Positions 9,303 to 17,459 of a stretch of 64,000 nt of DNA are shown piece by piece (position 1 is the first letter of the stretch; every line of letters starts with the position of its first letter). The stretch lies in assembly GCA_018052455.1 (NCBI GenBank), contig JAGPNE010000007.1, forward strand, positions 654 through 64,653. Reading direction: 5' to 3'. Source of the DNA: Candidatus Fermentithermobacillaceae bacterium. Lineage in GTDB: Bacteria; Bacillota; Sulfobacillia; Fermentithermobacillales; Fermentithermobacillaceae. The translations under genes and the position numbers were made by a program. The notes beneath the pieces are model-generated. The model was not told where the DNA came from and searched no databases. It saw only the letters and a list, made by a program, of their open reading frames with translations.

Positions 9303-11234
9303 ATGGAAGAAATCCAGCGAAAGGAAGGCGTTGATGAAAGACAGGTAGAGTCTATCCTTGCAACCGACGTAGGATCGACTACTACCAAAGCCATACTAAT
9401 CGAAAAGCGCGGCGACGAATATCGGCTGGTAACCCGCGGAGAGATGCCGACCACAGTTGAAGAGCCGTGGGAGGATGTAATGATTGGTGTCAAGAAAGCC
9501 GTTCGACGTATCGAGGAGCTTATCGACAGACCAATTCTAGATGAGTCAGGTAATTTGATTCGACCAAAAGAAGGAGATAAGGGTGTAGACATTTACGTTT
9601 CAACGTCATCTGCCGGTGGTGGATTGCAGATGATGGTTGCAGGGTTAGTCAAGACAATAAGTGCCAGTTCAGCCCACCGTGCCGCCCTCGGTGCAGGAGC
9701 GGTTGTGTTGGATGTAATCTCGGTAGATGACGGTAGATCACAGTCGGAGCAGATCACCAGGATTACGGAACTGCGACCGGACATTATTCTTATGTCAGGT
9801 GGCGTAGATGGCGGCTCAGTTGCTTATATAGCGTCAATTGCCGAGATTATAAAACAAGCTAATCCGCAGCCCAGATTCGGTGCGACGTACAAACTGCCAC
9901 TGATATATGCAGGTAACAAAGATGCCCAGGATCTTGTTATGGAAATATGCGGGGCGGACATGGATGTGCATATAGTCGAGAATCTGAGGCCCCGGCACGA
10001 TATCGAGAACCTGGGACCTGCCAGGGAGGCCATACACGAGATTTTCATGAACCACGTAATGGCTCAGGCTCCAGGGTACGGGACTCTAATGGAATGGGTC
10101 GATACAACAATCATGCCCACCCCTGGTGCGGTAGGCAAACTCATCATGCTTCTTGCAGAGAGAAATGCTGAGAACATAATAGGCGTGGACATTGGCGGTG
10201 CTACAACCGACGTGTTCTCAAACTTCGAGGACACTTTTACCAGGACTGTATCTGCAAACCTAGGTATGAGTTATTCAATCTGCAACGTTCTCGAAGAAGC
10301 TAGTTTTGAGAACATCCTACGATGGGTACCGTTTGAGGTTGACCATTCGCGCATCTCAGACTGGGTTGCAAATAAGATGATAAGGCCCACTACTATACCG
10401 CAGACAATGTACCATTTGATAGTTGAGCAGGCTATTGCTAGAGAAGCGCTTCGCCTCAGTTTTGAACACCACAAGAGTCTTGCTAAGAAGGTTGAAAAAG
10501 AAGAGATAGGACTTCAAATTGCAGGGCGTAGCAAGGTAGCATCAGCTACAGGGCGAGACATCATAGACATGCTCCATCTTGATATGTTAGTAGGTTCGGG
10601 CGGAGCCCTGTCGCATGCTCCCCGCAGACAACAGGCCGCTTTGATGCTTATCGATGCTTTTGAGCCATCTGGCGTAACGTATCTGGCTGTGGACTCAATA
10701 TTCATGATGCCCCACCTTGGCGTTCTTTCATCAGTATATCCTGACATAGCAGCCGAGGTCTTTGACAAGGACTGCCTAGTGAGACTAGGAACCGTTATAG
10801 CGCCTGTTGGACCGTTCAAGCAGGGTACAGTAACAGCCACCGTAAAAATGACCATGGCAGACGGCACAGTAGTGGAGCATAAAGTTACAGGCGGAGAGAT
10901 CCGGGTTATCCCGCTCGGTGTTGGGGAAACAGCGCTGTGCAAGATACAACCTCACGGTGGAAACATAGATGTGGGTGCCGGTAAGGGTAAGGCCTTGGAG
11001 AAAGAAATCCATGGAGGTCTGGTCGGTGTTGTTCTAGACGGAAGGGGACGCCCCTTGGAACTGCCTGAAGACAACGTTGAGAGAATCAATTTGCTCACAT
11101 CTTGGATTGAAAGCATGAACGCGTACCCAATGGATGCTGTTCGTGACCTACAAGAGAAATACCCGGCCAAGAGCTCGGAAGGCGCAAAAGGAGGGAAGAA
11201 GCGTGGCGGACTTTTCAGCAGATTTGCCGACTAA
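9303..11234 (+). CDS. Large ASKHA-fold ATPase, cassette copy 1 (GlmL/MutL-, EutA-, DdrA-like by motifs; function unknown)
   Basis: GGAGGG SD. Phosphate-1 motif ATDVGSTTTKAILIE, phosphate-2 motif GVDIGGATTDVFS, and adenosine motif VGSGGALSHAPRR. 643 aa, with an extra ~170 aa beta-rich C-terminal domain (GGNIDVGAGKG..GGLVGVVLDGRGRP). Confidence 0.7.
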   Translation: MEEIQRKEGVDERQVESILATDVGSTTTKAILIEKRGDEYRLVTRGEMPTTVEEPWEDVMIGVKKAVRRIEELIDRPILDESGNLIRPKEGDKGVDIYVSTSSAGGGLQMMVAGLVKTISASSAHRAALGAGAVVLDVISVDDGRSQSEQITRITELRPDIILMSGGVDGGSVAYIASIAEIIKQANPQPRFGATYKLPLIYAGNKDAQDLVMEICGADMDVHIVENLRPRHDIENLGPAREAIHEIFMNHVMAQAPGYGTLMEWVDTTIMPTPGAVGKLIMLLAERNAENIIGVDIGGATTDVFSNFEDTFTRTVSANLGMSYSICNVLEEASFENILRWVPFEVDHSRISDWVANKMIRPTTIPQTMYHLIVEQAIAREALRLSFEHHKSLAKKVEKEEIGLQIAGRSKVASATGRDIIDMLHLDMLVGSGGALSHAPRRQQAALMLIDAFEPSGVTYLAVDSIFMMPHLGVLSSVYPDIAAEVFDKDCLVRLGTVIAPVGPFKQGTVTATVKMTMADGTVVEHKVTGGEIRVIPLGVGETALCKIQPHGGNIDVGAGKGKALEKEIHGGLVGVVLDGRGRPLELPEDNVERINLLTSWIESMNAYPMDAVRDLQEKYPAKSSEGAKGGKKRGGLFSRFAD

Positions 11235-12561
11235 CGTTAAGGACCAGATTACCCTAGTTAGGAAAACTCGTAAACTGCCTCTTCCAGGAGAAGTACTGGT
11301 TAAAGAGGGAGATATAGTAAAGCCAGATACGCCGGTAGCCAAAATTGCTGTTAGACCTGGGATCCCCTGGGTTATACCGGCCGCTAGACTGTTGGGAATT
11401 GAACCGAGTCATCTTTCTAGAAGCATGTTGAAAGAAATTGGCGATTCGGTCAAGACGAAAGAAGTCTTTGCAAGGGCAGAGCAGGGGCTATATGGCCGAA
11501 AAGAGCTTGAATCTCCCACAGATGGGGTTATAGAGTCAATATCCGACCGCTCGGGAAGGGTAACTATACGAGAAGAATTTGGAAAAGAGGAACCCCCTGT
11601 CACATTTGATGTTGCCTTCGAGATCAAATGCAAACCCGAGGAACTGCCACAGCACATGCTAAGGACAGTGGGGCAAGAAGTGAAAAAAGATCAGATGATT
11701 GCAAAAAAAGGCGAAGCTCAGGCTTTTTTCACTAAGACAGCACTTGCGCCTGTGTCCGGGATAATATCCGATATCGATTCCAAGACCGGAAAAGTTACTA
11801 TTTCCAGGCCCTTTAGGGAAGTTGTAGTGAACGCCTATGTAGAGGGGCGTGTTTCTAAGGTAATGGAAACGCGGGGATGTGTTATTGAGACCCCGGGAAT
11901 AAAGATAAACGGCATCTTTGGCCTAGGTCGCGAGACTAACGGCGAGATCAAGGTCTTAGTGAGCGGGCCGGACCAGGTCCTTGAAGCTGGCATGATAACC
12001 GATGATTGCAGAGACAAGATAATCATTGGAGGTTCTTTTGCCACTAACGACGCTCTTTCAAAGGCTATAGACGTTGGTGCAAAAGGCGTAGTAACTGGCA
12101 CGGCGAACTATTTTAATCTCACGCAGTCTTTGGGCGTAAAACTAGGGATAGGTATCACAGGCCAAGAGGATATACCTATAACGGTAATTCTCATGGAAGG
12201 CTTCGGACACCTCAACATGAGAAAAGAAGTATGGGAGACGCTGGCGGCTCTTGAGGGCATGACTGCGTCCATGAATGGTGCAACTCAGATTAGAGCGGGA
12301 GCCATAAGACCCGAGATAATTGTCTCGTTCTTTGGTTACACAGGGGAACTGGCTAAGCCGGCGCGGTACGACGTTGATCTGAGAAAGGGTGCAGAAATAC
12401 GCATTGTGAGCGAGCCTTACTTTGGTGCTGTAGGTACTGTAGCGGAGATCATCAAAGAGCCCGTGATGATCGACACTGAAGCCAAAGTTCCAGTCGTGAA
12501 AGTACAACTTGAGGATGGCAAGCAAGTTATGGTGCCAAGAGCGAATGTAGAGATGCTGTAA
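11203..12561 (+). CDS. Partner protein of cassette 1: two lipoyl/biotinyl-like barrel repeats, a swivelling-domain-like core and a KOW-like C-terminus (function unknown)
   Basis: GTG 11203 is preceded by AGGAGGG and overlaps the upstream gene by 32 nt. Homologous to the 15111-16235 product. Repeated motif KEGDIV..P.SG.I..I....G.VTI. Core IIGGSFATNDALSKAIDVGAKGVVTG. C-terminal KVQLEDGKQVMVPRANVE. The start codon is uncertain; the ORF extends upstream to 11134. Confidence 0.6.
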   Translation: MADFSADLPTNVKDQITLVRKTRKLPLPGEVLVKEGDIVKPDTPVAKIAVRPGIPWVIPAARLLGIEPSHLSRSMLKEIGDSVKTKEVFARAEQGLYGRKELESPTDGVIESISDRSGRVTIREEFGKEEPPVTFDVAFEIKCKPEELPQHMLRTVGQEVKKDQMIAKKGEAQAFFTKTALAPVSGIISDIDSKTGKVTISRPFREVVVNAYVEGRVSKVMETRGCVIETPGIKINGIFGLGRETNGEIKVLVSGPDQVLEAGMITDDCRDKIIIGGSFATNDALSKAIDVGAKGVVTGTANYFNLTQSLGVKLGIGITGQEDIPITVILMEGFGHLNMRKEVWETLAALEGMTASMNGATQIRAGAIRPEIIVSFFGYTGELAKPARYDVDLRKGAEIRIVSEPYFGAVGTVAEIIKEPVMIDTEAKVPVVKVQLEDGKQVMVPRANVEML

Positions 12562-12714
12562 GGTGGCTTTGGACCATTTTACTTATGAGCTTAACCCCTG
12601 GCTTTGTCACGATGTTGGGGCGGTTGGGATGCTAGAATGGATTGGCCAAGTTGACAAAAGTGATGTACAATATGAAGGTTATAAGCTATCCGGAACCAGG
12701 AGGAGGTGTCATAG

Positions 12715-13140
12715 ATGCTGGAATTTCATGAGCCAATTGATGAGGGTAGACGGGACGAGATTATAGAAGCTATAGCGGCTCGGATTGTGCAGTTTGGAAT
12801 GACAGTTCCTGCAATCTTCTTTCTCGAGATGAACAAGCCCCTCAGCTACTTTGGAGGACAAGCTATGCACTTTTTTGCGCCCATAGTTGGTGTCTTTTTC
12901 GAAACTTTTGAAGACTATGCGTACTTTTTTGATCAAAGAGACAATGTGGAACTCTTGATTCAGCGCCTTGAACTTGCAGCCATGGAGGAAGAAGCTGAAC
13001 GTAAAGCGGAAAAGGCTACCAAGAAGGAAGCAAAGAAAGCAAGGAGAATGAAGAGAGGTTCCATGCTAGACGAAGCCCTGAATATGGATAGTGATAAGAA
13101 TAGTGGGTCCAAACCAGAGGGAACAATTGAGAATCAGTAG
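12715..13140 (+). CDS. Hypothetical 141 aa protein between the two cassettes (hydrophobic/aromatic core, K/E-rich basic tail)
   Basis: Strong SD AGGAGGAGGTG 6 nt upstream of ATG 12715. Contains ..MTVPAIFFLEMNKPLSYFGGQAMHFFAPIVGVFF.. and then EEEAERKAEKATKKEAKKARRMKRG. No family recognised. Confidence 0.5.
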   Translation: MLEFHEPIDEGRRDEIIEAIAARIVQFGMTVPAIFFLEMNKPLSYFGGQAMHFFAPIVGVFFETFEDYAYFFDQRDNVELLIQRLELAAMEEEAERKAEKATKKEAKKARRMKRGSMLDEALNMDSDKNSGSKPEGTIENQ

Positions 13141-13230
13141 AAGAATAAGAGGATTTACAAACCAAATGTCGTAGTCTATATGTTAGGTATTTATGACGCT
13201 ACATGTGGCAGCGAGGGAGGGGAAGAGTTC

Positions 13231-15093
13231 GTGCAGGAAGAAAAAACTGCGTTCAAGCCAGATACAGAAATCAACACTGTTCTGGCGACCGACTGCGGTT
13301 CTACTACAACAAAAGCTATCCTCATCGAGAAGGTTGAAGACGAGTATCGCCTTATTGTAAGAGGCGAGGCACCAACCACAGTAGAAGCACCTTTTGAAGA
13401 CGTTACGATGGGTGCGAGGAACGCCATAAGAGAGATCGAAGAGCTTACGGGCAGGCGTTTCTTGAGTGACCAGGGAGTTATAACCCCGAGGCAACCAGAT
13501 GGGTCAGGTGCTGATATCTTCATGTCAACCTCTTCTGCAGGTGGAGGATTGCAGATGATGGTAGCCGGCGTTGTCAAAACGATGACGGCAGAATCGGCAG
13601 CGAGAGCCGCTCTTGGAGCAGGCGCAATAGTAATGGATGTAATTTCAGTTGACGACGGAAGAAAACCTCACGAGAAAATCCAAAGAATCAGGCATTTGAG
13701 GCCTGATATGATCCTTCTTTCCGGAGGGATCGACGGAGGCACAATAACACACGTTGTCGAAATCGCAGAGCTAATTTCTGCGGCGGAGCCCAAGCCCAGG
13801 CTTGGGATAGGGTACAAGCTACCCGTAATTTATGCTGGCAACCAGCATGCTAGAAAGCACATCGAGGATATCCTTGGCGAAAAGACAGACCTGAGGGTGG
13901 TAGATAACCTAAGGCCTGTTCTGGAACGAGAGGTCCTTGGGCCTGCCAGGGAAGCTATCCACAATCTTTTCATGGAACACGTTATGGCGCAGGCTCCTGG
14001 TTACAACAAACTCATGACCTGGACGCCTATTCCTATAATGCCGACTCCTGGTGCCGTAGGAAACTGTATGCAGACAGCATCTAAGGAGTATGATATGAGC
14101 GTCATAGGCGTTGATATCGGAGGGGCTACTACTGACGTATTCTCAGTTTTTGGAGAATTCTTCAACAGAACGGTATCAGCAAACCTGGGAATGAGCTATT
14201 CCATTTGTAACGTGCTTCTTGAAGCGGGAATGCCCAATATTTCAAGGTGGATCCCGTTTCCCATCGATGAGGCAGACCTTAGGAACAGGATTAGAAACAA
14301 GATGATCCGTCCTACTACGATTCCACAGACTCTAGACGACCTCATAATCGAGCAAGGAATTGCGCGCGAGGCTCTTCGCCTTGCGTTTGTCCACCACAAG
14401 AGCCTTGCAGTAGGCTTAAGAGGTGTTCATAGGGAAAGGACAATCGGAGATACATTTGAGCAATCAGGTTCAGGAGAAACATACATCGACATGGCGGACT
14501 TGGGGATGTTGATCGGGTCAGGAGGAACGCTTTCTCACGCACCTAGACGTGCGCAGGCCGCTCTTATGCTACTAGATGCGTTCCAACCGGAGGCTGAAAC
14601 AATGCTTGCCGTTGACTCCATTTTCATGATGCCCCAGCTTGGGATACTTGCTTCTGTTCATCCCAAGGCAGCGATGCAGGTTTTTGATAGAGACTGTCTG
14701 GTGAAACTGGGCACTTCTATTGCTCCCATAGGTCCTAGCGGCAATGCACAATTTGGAGAACCGTGCGTCACTGTAACGATTGACTATAACGGCGAGACAA
14801 TTGAAGAATCTGTTCCCTACGGATCGATGAAAGTCGTAAAGATTCCTGAAAACGTTGAGGTTGATGCAGTTATTCATCCAGCAAGGCAGTTTGACGCAGG
14901 GAAAGGGCATGGACGTGTTGTTGAGACGAAGGTTAACGGCGGCGTAGTTGGGGTAGTGATAGACTGTCGAGGACGTCCTATCGCTCTTCCTGACGATCCG
15001 ACGCTGAGAGGCCAGAAACTGTTGGAGTGGTTTACGGCCATGGATATGTATCCGGCAGAGTTACTTAAGAAATATGCGGACAAGGGCATATAG
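13231..15093 (+). CDS. Large ASKHA-fold ATPase, cassette copy 2 (paralog of the 9303-11234 product)
   Basis: GTG 13231 is preceded by GGGAGGGG. Same motifs (ATDCGSTTTKAILIE, GVDIGGATTDVFS, IGSGGTLSHAPRR) and the same C-terminal beta-rich domain. Blocks of the protein are collinear with copy 1. Confidence 0.7.
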   Translation: MQEEKTAFKPDTEINTVLATDCGSTTTKAILIEKVEDEYRLIVRGEAPTTVEAPFEDVTMGARNAIREIEELTGRRFLSDQGVITPRQPDGSGADIFMSTSSAGGGLQMMVAGVVKTMTAESAARAALGAGAIVMDVISVDDGRKPHEKIQRIRHLRPDMILLSGGIDGGTITHVVEIAELISAAEPKPRLGIGYKLPVIYAGNQHARKHIEDILGEKTDLRVVDNLRPVLEREVLGPAREAIHNLFMEHVMAQAPGYNKLMTWTPIPIMPTPGAVGNCMQTASKEYDMSVIGVDIGGATTDVFSVFGEFFNRTVSANLGMSYSICNVLLEAGMPNISRWIPFPIDEADLRNRIRNKMIRPTTIPQTLDDLIIEQGIAREALRLAFVHHKSLAVGLRGVHRERTIGDTFEQSGSGETYIDMADLGMLIGSGGTLSHAPRRAQAALMLLDAFQPEAETMLAVDSIFMMPQLGILASVHPKAAMQVFDRDCLVKLGTSIAPIGPSGNAQFGEPCVTVTIDYNGETIEESVPYGSMKVVKIPENVEVDAVIHPARQFDAGKGHGRVVETKVNGGVVGVVIDCRGRPIALPDDPTLRGQKLLEWFTAMDMYPAELLKKYADKGI

Positions 15094-15110
15094 AGGGGAG
15101 GAAGGATTAA

Positions 15111-16235
15111 ATGGCACACGCATATACACCAGGGCTGAAAGTCACGGAAAAGGCGGTTATAAAAAAGACCCGGCGCCTTCCTATCCTCGGCGAAGTTTTG
15201 GTTGAAAAAGGGCAGAAAGTCTCGCCTAGTACGGTTGTAGCGAGAACCAGTATTCCGGGCAATCCGCAGACTGTTAACGTCGCCAATATTCTAGGCGTAG
15301 AGCCTGAAGACGTTGCAGAGTACATGATAAAAAAAGAAGGCGATTACGTTCACCAAGGAGATATCCTTGCCCAGTATAGTTCCTTCTTTGGCCTCTTCAA
15401 ACGTGAGGCGAGATCACCTGTAAATGGCACGATAGAAATGATCTCAAAGGTTACCGGTCAGGTAACGCTCAGAGAGCCTCCGATTCCTGTTGAGGTCGAT
15501 GCCTATATCGAAGGCATAGTGGAGGAGGTTCTTCCAAAAGAGGGCGTAGTCGTTGCGACCGAAGGTGCTTTCATACAGGGGATTTTTGGCGTAGGCGGCG
15601 AAACAACGGGGGTTGTAAGAGTAGCAGTCGATTCTCCTAGCGACATATTCGATGCCTCGTGGATAAAGAGTGACGATACAGACAAGGTGCTGGTCGGCGG
15701 CTCACTCGTGACTGCAGATGCAATCAAAAGAGCTGCGGAGGTAGGAGCGCGCGGTATTGTTGCAGGCGGCATCATAGACCGCGATCTGGTTGAATACTTG
15801 GGGTTTGACATTGGAGTTGCTATCACGGGTCACGAGGATGTACCGGTTACTGTTATCATAACCGAGGGTTTTGGCCAGATGAGGATGGCAGACAGGACGT
15901 TTTCACTGCTGCAGAAACTGAGCGGGCTTAAAGCCTGTATAAATGGGGCCACACAGATCAGGGCCGGCGTCATGCGTCCTGAAATAATAGTACCAGGATA
16001 TCAGGCAAACTCGTCAGCAGGGGATGAGCAGGATCTGGCTCAAGGGTTGGTTGTTGGAACACCCATAAGAATCATTAGGGAGCCCTATTTTGGATTGCTT
16101 GCTCAGGTTGTTGAACTGCCACCTGAGCTTCACGTAATCGAGTCCGAATCTAAGGTTAGAATTCTAAAAGCGAAGTTGGAAGATGGAACTGTTGTAACTG
16201 TTCCAAGAGCAAACGTAGAGATAATCGAAGCTTAA
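15111..16235 (+). CDS. Partner protein of cassette 2: single lipoyl-like barrel, swivelling-domain-like core and KOW-like C-terminus
   Basis: GGAGG SD before ATG 15111. LPILGEVLVEKGQKV.. barrel, VLVGGSLVTADAIKRAAEVGARGIVAGG core, and KAKLEDGTVVTVPRANVE C-terminus. Confidence 0.65.
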   Translation: MAHAYTPGLKVTEKAVIKKTRRLPILGEVLVEKGQKVSPSTVVARTSIPGNPQTVNVANILGVEPEDVAEYMIKKEGDYVHQGDILAQYSSFFGLFKREARSPVNGTIEMISKVTGQVTLREPPIPVEVDAYIEGIVEEVLPKEGVVVATEGAFIQGIFGVGGETTGVVRVAVDSPSDIFDASWIKSDDTDKVLVGGSLVTADAIKRAAEVGARGIVAGGIIDRDLVEYLGFDIGVAITGHEDVPVTVIITEGFGQMRMADRTFSLLQKLSGLKACINGATQIRAGVMRPEIIVPGYQANSSAGDEQDLAQGLVVGTPIRIIREPYFGLLAQVVELPPELHVIESESKVRILKAKLEDGTVVTVPRANVEIIEA

Positions 16236-16296
16236 GGCATCGTGACCTATGTAGAGACAAAAGAGAACAGCAACGTTCTGAAGAATCGAGGGGCGA

Positions 16297-16318
16297 TAGA
16301 GCCTTGCGCGGCTCTACC
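16297..16318 (+). terminator. Putative rho-independent terminator after the second cassette
   Basis: Hairpin ATAGAGCC-ttgcgc-GGCTCTAC followed by a moderately T-rich tract (cgtccctttctagtttct). Confidence 0.35.
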
Positions 16319-16493
16319 GTCCCTTTCTAGTTTCTGTAGGGCCGCATTTCCTTTTCGTTTTGTCACTTAGAGGGTTACAATACCAGGGTGAAGAACCATT
16401 GTAAACGGCGATGACCGTATGATGTATGATGAAAGTGCAAAGGTATTCTAGAACCATGAGGAAGGAGGATCAAAAGGCAGGCCACTGTGATTA

Positions 16494-17459
16494 TTGCCTG
16501 CCGGCAACATGGATAGTAAAATTCTGCAAGAGTTTATGGAGGAATCCGCAATACCTCTTGGATGCAAGTTTGACGATTTCTTGCCCGTAGTGTTAGGTGT
16601 ACGTAAGGCCTCACAGATCATAGTGCCTGCTGAATTGCCTGACGCAGCCATCCTCGGTGCGACCATTGACAGTAGATTTCGCAGCAAAACCGAAGGCAAG
16701 AAGAGCTTAGGGGGGTCTTTTGCCGACTATGTTAAAAGCAAAACGGGGAAATTTGGGCGAAATGACAAAGTGAAAGAAGCTCGGATGAAGACAGAACTTC
16801 TGAGAGAACTATACGCGGAGATCGTCGAAGGTTCCATTTCTTACAACCTATACATGGATTGGATTGATAGACTGGGTCTACAGAAGAAAATACTTGAGTC
16901 CAGGCCTACCATACGAGAGGTCTACATTTTCAGGGACCCTTCCGTAGCGGTTGAACTAGAGGAATTGCAGGATATGCGCAAAGACATAAGGTGGGATGCG
17001 ATGCGATCCCCAGATCTTTCTGCGCCAGTATCCTTGCGAGCTTTTCCGGAGGAAAACAGCCCCGCGTTTCTGAGAAAGATTGGAAGCATTCTTGGATTCC
17101 CTCCATGCTGCATAGATAGGTATATTTTCGATCGGGGTTCCGGAGTTCTGAGCCCTGAAGTTAGGGCAGCCAATCAGATAATACACGCAGAGAGTCCCGA
17201 AGAGGTGGACAAGTTTGCCTATTTCACGAAAGACTTTTTCCCTTGCCAGCCTGATTGCGAGTCAGCTGCAGAGATTGGTAGGGTTATGTATGAGAAACTA
17301 AAAGACTTTGACCCAGAACTAGCGGAACTGTATCTGCAGCACCTAAGTGACAACCTGGACTTAGTCAGGCGGTACCCCGAGATCATAGAGGAGAGAATAA
17401 GGAGCCTGGAACGCCAGAGCCATTCAGAAGAAGGCGATCACGTTGACCAAAAAGAATGA
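16494..17459 (+). CDS. Hypothetical Cys-motif protein (..GFPPCCIDRY.. / ..FFPCQPDCES..), possible metal-binding
   Basis: 321 aa ORF. The start is uncertain: TTG at 16494 or ATG at 16509. A strong AGGAGG at 16464 lies 25-40 nt upstream, with a 7 bp-stem hairpin in between. Confidence 0.45.
   Translation: MPAGNMDSKILQEFMEESAIPLGCKFDDFLPVVLGVRKASQIIVPAELPDAAILGATIDSRFRSKTEGKKSLGGSFADYVKSKTGKFGRNDKVKEARMKTELLRELYAEIVEGSISYNLYMDWIDRLGLQKKILESRPTIREVYIFRDPSVAVELEELQDMRKDIRWDAMRSPDLSAPVSLRAFPEENSPAFLRKIGSILGFPPCCIDRYIFDRGSGVLSPEVRAANQIIHAESPEEVDKFAYFTKDFFPCQPDCESAAEIGRVMYEKLKDFDPELAELYLQHLSDNLDLVRRYPEIIEERIRSLERQSHSEEGDHVDQKE

Noticed and set aside
10514-10942. 142 aa minus-strand ORF within ASKHA gene A1, and a similar ORF at 13191-13577 within A2
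   Set aside because: Both are antisense to two mutually paralogous, motif-bearing plus-strand genes. The conservation is explained by the plus frames.
11134-11234. Possible programmed frameshift fusing A1 to B1 across their 32-101 nt overlap
   Set aside because: B1 has its own AGGAGGG SD and an in-frame GTG at 11203. Cassette 2 encodes A2 and B2 as cleanly separate ORFs with an intergenic SD. I see no slippery heptamer in the overlap.
12563-12766. 67 aa ORF (MALDHFTYELNPWLCHD...) overlapping the start of the 141 aa gene
   Set aside because: It has no SD and overlaps the strongly SD-preceded 12715 ORF in another frame. It lies in a probable promoter region.
8504-16235. The novel cassette region as a genomic island or mobile element
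   Set aside because: There is no integrase, transposase, tRNA target, flanking direct repeat or abrupt change in composition. The flanking genes are ordinary housekeeping genes.
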